NCBI RefSeq assembly: GCF_036321535.1
Contig: NC_087436.1
Coordinates: forward strand, 73,906,001 to 73,970,000
Direction of reading: 5' to 3'
DNA: 64,000 bases
Source of the DNA: Camelus dromedarius
Lineage: Eukaryota
The translations under genes were made by a program, and so were the position numbers. The notes beneath the pieces were generated by a model. It was given only the letters and a program-made list of their open reading frames with translations. It did no database searches and was not told the origin of the DNA. Each line of letters starts with the position of its first letter. The stretch's first letter is position 1. Below are positions 1 through 11,169 of the stretch, piece by piece.

Positions 1-3000
1 AGAAAAACTCCTTTTACAGAAGAATTTCAGTGTAGAAGAGAGGGCAGAATTAGAAAATCACCATTTTGCAACTCCTAATAAAATAATTGATTGAGGCAAT
101 GACCATCAATGAATGAAACCACTAGGTTAAAGAGTGATGGGGAACTTTCTAAGACAGATTGGCTCTCACCACCTGAACCACTGATCAACCACTGAGCATC
201 TCTAAGAGAGAGACAGCCACTTAATATGATGCAACATGAAGCACACAGCACCACCTGCAAAGTATTCATGCCAAAAAGTCAAAGTCAAATCTAATAAAGT
301 ATCTAAAGCTAACTTCATTTACCACAAATATGGGGGATAAAGCTAAATGATTCTATAAGGAAACAAACATATCTAGAATGGGGCATTTCACAGGACAAAT
401 GGCCTAATTTCTGCAGTAATTCATGAGTAAGGAAAAACCAGAGTGGGGAATTCTCTATACTAAATGGAAACTTAAGAGACATAACAAGAAAGTGAATGTG
501 TGGTCCTTGTCTGAAGGAAACTTTACTGAGACATAAGAGGACATTTGATTAAGGACTGGGTATTAGATGACACCAAGGAGTTATTACTTGTAAGTTGAAA
601 TGATTCCATGTTTTTAAGAGTAACACAGTAAAGTAAGGGTGAAATGACATGTTTGGGATTTGCTTTAAAGTATTTCAGCAATTCAAAAGAAAAAAAAAAG
701 GAAGGGAGGAAGGAGGAGGTAAAGCAAATATGGCAAGTTTTGACTTTTGTTGAATCTATTTGGTAGAATGTGGGATTGTTTTATTATTCTATTTTTCTGT
801 GTTAGAATTTTTCTCAATTAAAGAACAGTAAATGTTCATTGGATTTGAGATGATTCATAACCTTAACTATTTGATTGGGTAAAGAAAGGAGAAACCAGAC
901 TAGTGCAGACTAAGAGGTAACAGACAATCCCATTCTTCTACATCTGTTCCAAGTAGTTTACGAAGGAAGAGAATGACAGCCGAAGTGAAATGGGAGATTA
1001 AAGTAGTTTTGTTTTGTTGTTACTGTTTTAAGAAATAAGAAACTTCAGATTATTTAAGTGTGGATGAGAAGAATCCTTGGATAGAGAAGCTGGAGACTTT
1101 TTCTTTTGGTGGAGGGTGGGAGGTGGAATGGGGTGGGTGTTTGCTGGGCAGAATAATCAACAACACAAAGGTCACCAGAAGGTGGGAGGATATGAGATCC
1201 AGGGCACCGGTGAAAAGAGAAAAGGATGGGTTCAGAGGGAGGTAGACAGATCCAGTAGTGGGCAGCTGAAGGGATTACAATGAGGGATTCTATTTTCTCT
1301 GTGCAGTAGAAGTCAAGGCCATCTGCTGAAAGTGAGAACAGGGAAATCTGAGATGTGAAGAGAATAAAGGTTTAAAATAATTTATAGAAAGTGGAAGAAT
1401 AATTGGAAAACAGAAACTTCTCAGGATTGCCGGGCAATGTTGAGGCCCCAACTTGGGTTGGTGATTAAGAATTTAGAGGTACTATTCAATCTTTTATACT
1501 GTGTGATTTTCTCAAGCAGTATCTAGAGACAGTTGGGCTTACACAGGCTTGGGTGGTTTATTCAGGTAGACATGCTACAAGGATAAGGAAGTTTAGCATA
1601 TAGTGAGAGTGACCGAAATGGAAGGACAAGGAATCTAAGCTAATTAGAGAAAATAGAAGACAGGAAGGAGCTGATGGAAAAGCAGAAAGTGTCATGGGTC
1701 TAAAGATTCTAATGAGATCTAAGAACAGCTATACTGGAAGTTGAAAAGGGAGGCTAAAAGAGCAATAGGTTGTGGGATGTTTACATTAGTGATCATGGAA
1801 TTAGAACAGTTTCAGATGTTGCCAAAGTCCAAGGTAAGAATTGTGGCTAAAGTGAAATGGAGTTCTTTGTAATAAAAAGGTAGATGGCATAGCTGTTTGA
1901 GTACGAAAATAAACCAGACTGAAAGCACAAGTTGGAAAGAAAAGCAAGACTCAGAGCCAGCTGCCAAAGTTTTCAGTGAATAAGAAGTACTGTCCAGGAA
2001 GTCAGCAGGTAACTGAAATTAGACACATCAGAGATGGTGTAACCAGACTGCAAGTGCTGCACACAAGCAGGAGTTTTATAAAATGAGGCAAAACCTCCAC
2101 AATTTTTGCAGATTAAACTCAAACTCCTTACAACAGCAGGCCCCAAATCCATTATGCTGTGCCATGTAGTCATATCTTTGTCAATGTTATTCCCTCTGTC
2201 TGGAATACCCTTTTCTGACTTTATCCAACTGGCTAATTCCTTTAAGATTCAACTCTCCCTCTGTATTCCATAGCAACTTGTGTGGGTCTGTTTTAGTGCT
2301 CCCACACATACATATTTTTTATAGTTTAATGTATATTATTCTATCTAATTGCTAATCTATCTCCTTGCAGGCTATAAACAGGGGTTATGGTCTTCAACCT
2401 TATATACCCAGTGCCTGACATACAACATATACTCAGCAAATGGCTGCTATCTAACTGAATGAGTCCTTTTCATTCTGAAAATGAATAGCACCAGATTCAA
2501 ATTCCCACTTTTCCTAACAAAAGTAAATGCAACTATAATAACTTACAGTTGGAGAGGCTTTATGTCAAGAAACAAAGAAAAAACTTCACTTTTCTTTTCT
2601 TCTCCTTAACTACCTGGATTTCCATCAAACTATGTGTATTTTTGCAGGAGGATAGTAGGAAAGATACAATTGTAACTCTAGAAAAAAAAATTCTGGAATT
2701 ATTCTGGAGGAATAATTCTATTATTTTTATCCTATTGGTTAGATAATTCTTGAAATTGATATTTAATAAATTACTAATCTTCAATGTCTAAGTAAAGTGA
2801 ATTTTAGACAATCAATCAAGTTATCTAAGAAAGATGAAACAAAAGTGATTTTAAGAGGTCGCAGACTATGGAAAAGAAAAAGAATTACAAAAGAAGTCAC
2901 AGAACTGGAATTTATGTTCTTATACTACTTCTTAGGAGGTATATGGAAAAGTCACAATTCTCTCAGTTTCCTCTCTTCACCTATAAAATGGAGATACCAA

Positions 3001-4193
3001 AGAGTTCTACTTCATAAAGTTCTTGTGATAATTAAATAGATTAATCCATATAAGATAACCCTGGAACATACTGCCATACCAGCTAGTAAGGAAGCTATCA
3101 AAGACTAATTCTACACTTGTGTCTAAAGGGATTTGGGAACCAACCTGAGGCTTACGCTAGCCAAAGTTGGAACAATTTAAGCATCAATAAGTAAAACTAC
3201 AATGGATTAAAAAATACCAAATAATTTAAATACTTGAGTTCCTGACATCAAAAAAAAAAAAAAAGTTCCCTTTGGAGAATGATTAGGAACCAATTCTTTA
3301 CTTTGAAAACTAAGAATAAAGGGGAAGAATCATCTATAGTGGATGAGGTAAAGTTTCTCTTTATTGAAGTATTCCAAAAAATAAATGAAAAAGGAGTCAT
3401 AGTGTTGGAATAACACCATTTTGCAACCCCTAATGAATTAATGGATCTAGGTAATGATAACCAATGGCTGCTGCTAACATGACAAAATGTAGAGACAATC
3501 AGACATGATATGCCTCTTGATAAAAAATACAACACTATCTATAAAGTAGTCTTGCAAACAAAAAACTTAACTATCAACATAATTAACCCCCTAGATCCAA
3601 CCCAACTTGCAAGAAATACAGAGGGCAAAGGGATATGAAAACTATACAACAGGAATGCAATCACTAAAGTCCTGACTGATGACCTCTCCAGGACAAATGA
3701 TCTGATTTCTTCAACAAATTGAAAAATTTTTAAAAAGACAGCTAAAAGAGGAACCTACAGAGGTTAAAGATAAATGAAACTAAATAGTATTGTTTACACA
3801 CCTAAGTGACAAAATGATAAAGAAAAATAAGAAAGTAATCAACATATATTTTCTCTGATGGGCAAGTGACAAAGGCATTCACCTTATATATAATTCTTTG
3901 AGCTGTAATTTTGTCGTTTTCTATTCTCGTGTTATTTTTAGCAACAACAAAAAAATTTTAATGGAATGATACTAAACACAGAGGCCTTTTAATCCTAATC
4001 ATGCCAATCTGTCTTCTCCCCAGCTGCCATCATATATAAACATGAGAAGTAGCTTTTGGAATCCTGTGGAATATAATATATTTATCATTCTTAAAAAAAA
4101 AAAAAGATACCCACTAAAATGTTTTGAATAGTGTACTCAGTAATGTTACCTATATTGTGGCTTTATATTTTAAAATGAAAATCTCATACTTAC

Positions 4194-4343
4194 TAGTTTG
4201 TTGCTGTTGCTGCTGCTGTGTATTAAATCCTCCAAATCCAAGTCCAGTTCCCAAACCAGTACCTAAACCAGTACTAGTTCCAGCTGTTGTGCCAAAACCA
4301 GTACCAAATCCAAAACCTTTGTTCTGAGTACCACCAAAGAGTC
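4194..4343 (-). CDS. NUP54: NUP54 canonical exon 3 (GLFGGTQNKGFGFGTGFGTTAGTSTGLGTGLGTGLGFGGFNTQQQQQQQT), 150 nt; later exons lie left of the window
   Basis: ttcaaag|GACTCTTT ... ACTA|gtaagt; separated from exon 2 by an 89-nt intron; FG/LG repeats and Q-tract typical of p54. Confidence 0.96.
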
Positions 4344-4432
4344 CTTTGAATAAAAAAATTAAAATTGTATAAGTTAAAAAAGAATTGACCTCTAGCTCAT
4401 TTGCTTCTACAAATAGTTTGATATCTTCTTAC

Positions 4433-4516
4433 CAGTAGCACCTGTGTTAGCTGGAGTAGAAAAGCTGAATGCAGAACCTGCTGTTGTAGATGTTGTCCCA
4501 AATCCTCCAAACCCAC
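4433..4516 (-). CDS. NUP54: NUP54 canonical exon 2 (GGFGGFGTTSTTAGSAFSFSTPANTGAT-G), 84 nt
   Basis: ttag|GTGGGTTTGGAGG ... ACTG|gtaag; translation matches the p54 FG region. Confidence 0.96.
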
Positions 4517-7332
4517 CTAATTAAAAAAAGGATAAATAAATAGAAAGGAAGAATCTTTTGTATACATATGAGGTAATTTCTTTTCCAAATTATATAAGTA
4601 ATTGCTCTATATAAAGATGAAATATATTGGTGTGATTTTTCCTTTCTCTACTTTCAACATCAATTTTTTAAAAACTATACTAATCAAGAAGTCAATACAT
4701 TGCAGAAATGAGCGACTAAGTAAAGTAGAAACACCACAATGCAATATATACCTTTCAACTGAAGAGGTGATTAACAGTTACAGCTGAGAAAACATATTAA
4801 GCCTACTGCCTAAGGTTTAACACACTCTAAAATGACTGAGTGTACTTTTAGAGTAGGGGTTGCAAATTCAAACACCTACAAGATTTAGGCTAACATTAAA
4901 GAGTGAAATACTCTAGGTGTTTACTGACTGGTAGAACTTACCAATGTGAACAGTTTTTTAAAAAGGCAGCAGTTCCTAAATTCCAGCAGATTACTGCTAC
5001 AGAAGAATGGTAGGTTAATAGTGTTATATATTTCCATTTTCTCCCAAGAGAAATAGAAGATACAGATTTTCTATGTGAAATTTACAGAATTTAAAGTCTA
5101 ATTCAATTGATTTTCTGCAACTAACTCGAATGTTTTTAAAACAGTGTGACAAACAGAGCATATCAGCAGACTGTGTTTGCAACTTTGGCTTCAGTGAATT
5201 CATGTATATTTTACTTTAGCTTATATTTCTACTGAATCTCCCAACAAGGCTAAGCAACTTTTCAAATGAAACATACCAATATACTGACTTCTATACAACA
5301 AGAATGTGTTTCTTTAAGGAAGAGTTAAGGGTAAAAAACCCACAAGAGGAAGGCAGTGGCCAGGAAGGAGAGCAAAGCTACCACAGGGCACTGCACCACA
5401 GTTTGGTAACTCTGACAGATACAGAAATTTCATTTTTAGCTAAATCTAGAATCAAAATTAATCTAAACCATATCTAACCTGACATATGAATGAAATGGAC
5501 TTTCCTTTCTGTCAGTCTTTACCTGATTACCAATGTGGTGCCAAGAAAAACTTTTAAGACAAATCCTCTAACTTTTAATCTCATGTATTTCTGGCATAAG
5601 AGACAGAGATTCATCAATATTGTAACATAAAAGATACAAGGACAAAAAAAAAAACAACCCATTATAATCATCATATAATTTTGACTTGGAAAATTACTCA
5701 ACAATCGACTACATGTTGCATGCAGATATAACCAAATACTCTTATTTTACTTGTGGGTTCTACTGCAGTACTGCAAACTGTAAACATTTTGATAAAAATC
5801 ACCTAAAGTACTGAACATTGTTCCTAATCTTTTCTTACTTCTAACTTTCATAGAAAATCTAAGCTATATTCTGAACTGGCTACACAATAAAAACATTAAT
5901 ATCTTTAACATGCTCCATAATAACAAATTTTTTTTTGTAATAATGGATCTGCAAGGGAATAAAATTAAAAAGTAGACAAGAATTTCTATCAGCCCTTTGC
6001 TGAAGACTAAGTTAATGAACATACATAAAAGTAGTTAAAACACAGTTATATTACCACAACTCAAAGCTTAACAGTGATAACTCCAAATGAACATGAAATC
6101 AAGCAAATACCAACAGGTTGGTTTATTGTTGTTGAATTACGAGCTGGGTGGGTTTGTTTGGAAACACAAATTTCAAAATGTTTCTGTTTTACCCAGTGCC
6201 AATTTTAAGCAAACAGAGAAAAAGCAAACATCCAAACAGTAATATGTGATCACTTCAAATATACCTTAATGATAATGGATTATTTAATCTTTGGAATTTT
6301 TAAGTATTCTTCAAAATGTTTTCAAATTAGATGCCAAGGTCATAGCCACACAGCAGTAACAAGTAACTGCACAAAATGCCAGACTTCCCAAATAAGTCTT
6401 AGGGAATAATTCATGCTTATCAAATGCATATAATTGGCATGGGCATTAAGTGGCATAATGTAAGAGAATATGGACAATAAATTCATATACGAGCAGCTGA
6501 GGAACAAGATTTTTCCATACGGTCACTGTACGCAAGGTACACACAGACCTATTTTAAATTTATATCTAAATGTATACACACATTATAGTTTGTGTTTTGC
6601 AAATTTCCAGTGAACTTCAAACAATCCATATAGATACCAAAATCTTCATAATTATTTTGAGTACAAAGATGTCTGGCCTACCTTTTAGAACCCAATACTA
6701 TCTGACAATAAACTAAATTGCTCTCTCTGACCATTTCTCAAAAAAAATCCAGTAAAGAATTGGGGATTCTTTCCATAATCACATTACCTTATAGAAATGT
6801 ATCCTAATCTGCTGAGTTGACCAAAGAAACACATTATTATTATACAGGTTAAAAAACAAGACAGGTTGCCGCTGTTCGTATAAGACTTGTTTCTCTCAGG
6901 AAACACAAGGACAGTCAAATGAAATTCCAATGAAAGATGCAGGAAAAATGAAAAAATGACTGCAGGAGTCCAAGAATTCCAGGAAAATGGGCCTGACTGT
7001 TGAGCTTATACTTTGAAGGAGATATCTAATCATTTGGAAGATACATTCTACTCAAAAATAATAATCCATTCCAAATTCTTATCACTTGGAAGGCATATTC
7101 TGTTCAATTGAATGCAAATTTAACAAAGGAACATTATAATTTGCAAGATTTCCCCAAAGCAATTTTTTAAAGGCAGTCAAAACTTGATATAACTGTTTTT
7201 GATTAGACATTAGGAAATAAATCTCCTTTCCTTATTAGAAAAGTCACTGTTCTTTCCCAAACTCTAGGAACCACAAAATATTCTTGGACTCCAGCTCCCA
7301 ACATTCGTTACACAGACGACCCGCATATCTAC

Positions 7333-7494
7333 CTGCACTTGCCAGACTGTTACCAAAATTGAATGGAGTCGCCGAGGTAGTAGAAACACCGAAACTCCCA
7401 ATATTAAAGTTCACTGCAGGATTAGCAGTTAATCCGAAACCCCCAAAATTAAACCCACTGGCGGTGGAGTTGGCAGTCTCAAGCCCACCAAATC
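7333..7494 (-). CDS. NUP54: NUP54 alternative FG-repeat cassette exon, 162 nt / 54 aa (GFGGLETANSTASGFNFGGFGLTANPAVNFNIGSFGVSTTSATPFNFGNSLASA), phase 1-1
   Basis: Long pyrimidine tract ending ...cctatcag| acceptor and GCAG|gtagat donor; open in the NUP54 frame; 5 FG motifs with T/S/N/A spacers; not in the canonical 507-aa human protein as I recall it. Confidence 0.8.
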
Positions 7495-7639
7495 CTGATA
7501 GGCGTGTAGGCAAAGAAACAAACAAAGTTTTAAAAGAGGAGAGGGAAAAGAAGAAATAAGAAAAAGAAAAGAAAGCAACATACGGATTAGAAGAGTCAGC
7601 ACGAGGCTTCACAGAAGTGAACAAAGACAAACCCTGACT

Positions 7640-8500
7640 TTGCTCCAAAGACAGCAGAGGAGGCGGGGGACGGAGGAGGGAGCAGGAGCGCATAGTCCCG
7701 CAGCTAGAACCAAAAAGGCCAGGGCCGAGGGAGCCTCAGAGCTGCGCCGAAGGCTCCACAGCCCTACCCTCGCGGAGCCCAGCGCAGGAACCAGGCGAGC
7801 GTTCCCGCCAGTCCCGGAGTCTGAGGTGGGGAGGGGAGGGGAGGGTGGGTCTCCGGCAAAGGGAGAGAGGAGCCGCCTCCAGGCTCTCCGACTCCGATTC
7901 CGTGGCAGCGGGAAGCGAACCCTAGAAGGAAAGGGGCCCTGCGGGTACCCACCCGCGGCGCGCGAGTTCCATGTTGGACCTCCATTCCCCCCGCGGCCTC
8001 CTCAGGAGCCGCCTCGGCCCGCTCTGCAGCCGCCCGCCCTTTTCCCAAGCCCCTAGTCTCCGCGCGGGCAGGAGACCCCAGGACTCCAAGCCCTAAAGTC
8101 TCGGACCGAAGGGCCGGACCAAAGGTCTTCCCTCCTCTCCGGGAGAAGGTCTGGGGGATAACTCACCCGTGGGGGCCGCGGTGGCTGCAGCAGTACCCGA
8201 GGTGGCCGAGGGAGCCCCAAAGTTGAAGGCCATGTCGCGGGAGGAGGGGACTGAGGTACCGCTCCCGCGACACTCGGTGCACTCCGGTTTTCGATCCGGC
8301 GGGGAAGCCGCTCCCGGATCACGGAGTTCCGCCCCTTTTCTGGCCTAGGCTAAGAGGCCGGAACGCTAGAAAAGCGTAGTGGGTGGAGGGAGGAGAGGGA
8401 ACGCCCCCGATCCAGCTTGCTTCCGGGGCCTTGTGGCTTCGCGTGGCTTAGAGCGTCACAACCGAGGTGAGATGCTGGGAAACTCTCCACGGCGTGCCTC
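7640..8500. promoter_or_regulatory. NUP54: CpG island / NUP54 promoter with GC box (CCGCCC 8329-8334) and ETS-type CCGGAA/TTCCGG cores (~8358, ~8421)
   Basis: Abrupt GC- and CpG-rich segment around the NUP54 start codon in otherwise CpG-depleted DNA. Confidence 0.85.
8167..8233 (-). CDS. NUP54: NUP54 coding exon 1 (MAFNFGAPSATSGTAAATAAPT-G), 67 nt, ends phase 1
   Basis: Minus strand reads ccgcgacATGGCCTTCAACTTTGGGGCTCCC...CCCACGG|gtgagt; matches the nucleoporin p54 N-terminus MAFNFGAPS; good Kozak context; lies in a CpG island. Confidence 0.96.
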
Positions 8501-11169
8501 CAGAGAGCCCTTAAAAACTGCTTTAGGGAGCCCCCTTGGAAAAGGTGGGCAGGAAGCTGAATAGCAGTGTACAATGAAGACTGGGTAAGAAAGCAAGCTA
8601 AATCCTCATTCTCCATAGCGGAGAGTCAACGGATAATACTAAAACTGAAAATTCCCGAAGCAGCATACTTAAGAGTCGTGGGAGTAAAGTGAAAAGGAAA
8701 AAAAGAGAGAGAAATTAAAAAGAAGGCTAAAAGAAGCGCCTCTGAGACTGATGTATATTTAGTGTTGTTTTTTTTTTTGTAGAAACTTTGTAGAGTTTTT
8801 TGATTCTTAAATCTATGTGCTTGTATGACTGATAAAAATAAGAACAAAAAAGCCATTGTGTCTATCAAAATTACAATTGTCCTTGGACCCAGCAATGCTA
8901 CTTCTAGGAATTTATCTTGTAAATGACTTGGCAAAATTAATAGAATACAAGGTTATCTGTTACAGCATTATGTATAATAACAGATGATTTGAAAAAAACA
9001 GCAGATTGCTTAAAAAGCTGCATTTATACAAAGGAATACTAATCAGCCGTGCAATGGGAACAGTAACGCTCTGTGTTCTGAAAAGAAAGATCTCAAAGAT
9101 AAGTTATATAAACAATTTAGAACTATATGGTATATGGTATGATATAATTTGAATGGGAAAAAAAGAGGGGTGGAATATATAATTACACATATTTATATAA
9201 AATATTCCTGGAAGGATAAATTTTTAAAAAATGAATAACACTGGTTGTCTCTGAGAAGATGACTTGAGTGGCAAGGAGATGGATGGAGTCAATGGGATTG
9301 TCAGGGAGAGAGTGTCAAGTGAGAAGAGGCTGCAGCTGAGCACCAATGTTAAGCCCAGAGCAGATAGCCCTCAAGAGAGTTTGAGAGTGGCCCGAGAGAG
9401 AACCAGCTGAGCCAAAGCACAGAAATCATGGATGGAAGGAAGAACGATCTCAGGTGCAAAAGAATGGCTGAGTAGTTCTTCGATAGGAAGCTTTCCCTTA
9501 TCACCATTTCTAAGAGGACATTCCACTTTTGTCACTCTGGCTACTTTAATATTCTTAGCACTTACCACCACCTATTTACTGCCTCCCCTCCCCCATTTAA
9601 CATTAGCTCCATGAGAGCAGAAAACTTTATTTACTGTATTTACTGGTTGTCTCCCTAGTGCTAGCAGAATGCCTGCCCTCATGGTGGGCTTTGTTCAGGA
9701 CTGTGGAACGAATGAGCTACTTGACATGTCCCTCTCCCTTTCCTTTCCCAGAGTTGTCTCTCAAGTCCTATGGATTTTTATCTTTTAAGTATTTCTAAAA
9801 TACTTCATTTCCACTGCCATCTCCCTGATTCAAATTACCATAACCTCTTGCCTAGACCGGGGATCAGCAAATCTGTAGAGACAGAAAGTAGGTTAGTGGT
9901 TGCCTAGCGCTGGGGTGGTTATGGGGATTAACTGTAAACTTACATGAGGGATTTTACTAAGGTGATAATGTTCTAACACTGCACAAGTCAGTAAATTCAC
10001 TAACAATCATTGTACATTTTAAATGGATGAGTTTTTTGTTATGTAAATTACACCTCAAAAAAGGTTAAAATATTTTTTAAATATATTAGCTGAATAAATA
10101 AAAGACTAGTTATTATTGGAAATGGGACCTTTATCTTGTCTTAAATGTGTATCCATGTTCCTGGACTTTGTATTCTATATCACTTACCATATGTACACTT
10201 TCTTAATTACTGTTCATGGGTATATGTTTTAATACGTGGTGGAACATGTCACCCCTTATTAGTACTCTTTGAAATATATTTTCTGGAACTTTCTTACTCC
10301 TTGATTTGAAATGATTGGGTTTGATATGTTACAAAAGGTGTCTCTATACACCTTTGAGTAAGCAGAAATAGGCATTAGGAGCTTCCCCTGTGCCATAAGC
10401 CAGCTAAAATCAGATTTGGCATTCCTAGGAAGCCCAAAGGGTCAAGTGCCCTTAACACATAAGGACATTTGTAACACTAAGCTAAATCTTCGATGATTGA
10501 TCTGGATTTGCTGATTTTAGAAGTAAAATGCAATATTATTGGGATGGGAAATGTTTTAAAGGTAATCTAAATTGTTGGACTAATGACTTCAGTCCAAACG
10601 TCCGCAGAAACATAGGTCCAGAACTTCTCCAACAGTTCTCTGATCCTGCCGAGCCCTCTGGGTGGACTTGTCTGCCTTTTAGCTTGTGTTTACCTGGAAG
10701 CAGACCTGAATAAGGATGTTAGTGCAGGTAGATTATTTGGGAGGAAGCAGCAGTGAGGGCGTGGGGAGACTGAGACAGAGAATGAAGAAACGATAACAGG
10801 AAGCAGTTCCCACTGTGGGCAACTGCACCTGAGGCACCAAGTAGAATGAGCCTGAGAACTGTCCCTCTGAAGACTGGAACACTTACTGGCCAACTTCTGC
10901 CCGCTTTGGTTGAGCATCAGTTCCTGGGAGTATTAACCCCTCAGTGCTCCTGAGGGGCTTCCAGGGCCCTGGAGAAAACCCGGAGGCAGAAAAGAAAAGT
11001 CTGGGGCTTGTCAGGCTACCAATAACTGTCCACCACAGCTGAGCTGAAATCAGAGGTGGCCCAAGAGGTGTAACTCAGGACTACATCCATCAGGAGGGCA
11101 GAGAGCACCTTTCAAATGGAACTCCATAGACAACTGAACATCTGATGACATAACATACAATTTCCAGTA

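Noticed and set aside
4124..4327. ORF with poly-Cys and PKPV repeats
   Set aside because: Antisense shadow of NUP54 exon 3 (poly-Q and GTGLG repeats)
6788..6811. Possible 21/24-nt NAGNAG microexon (cagcag...AAG|gtaatg) with an immediate in-frame TAG
   Set aside because: Splice-like motifs of this quality occur by chance in AT-rich introns; no other support
7244..7693. 149-aa minus-strand ORF as a standalone gene
   Set aside because: Only 7333-7494 is protein-like; the F/S/L-rich N-terminal part is the translated polypyrimidine tract
7640..8616. Several 60-140 aa Pro/Arg/Gly-rich ORFs on both strands
   Set aside because: Expected from stop-codon scarcity in a CpG island; no recognisable homology
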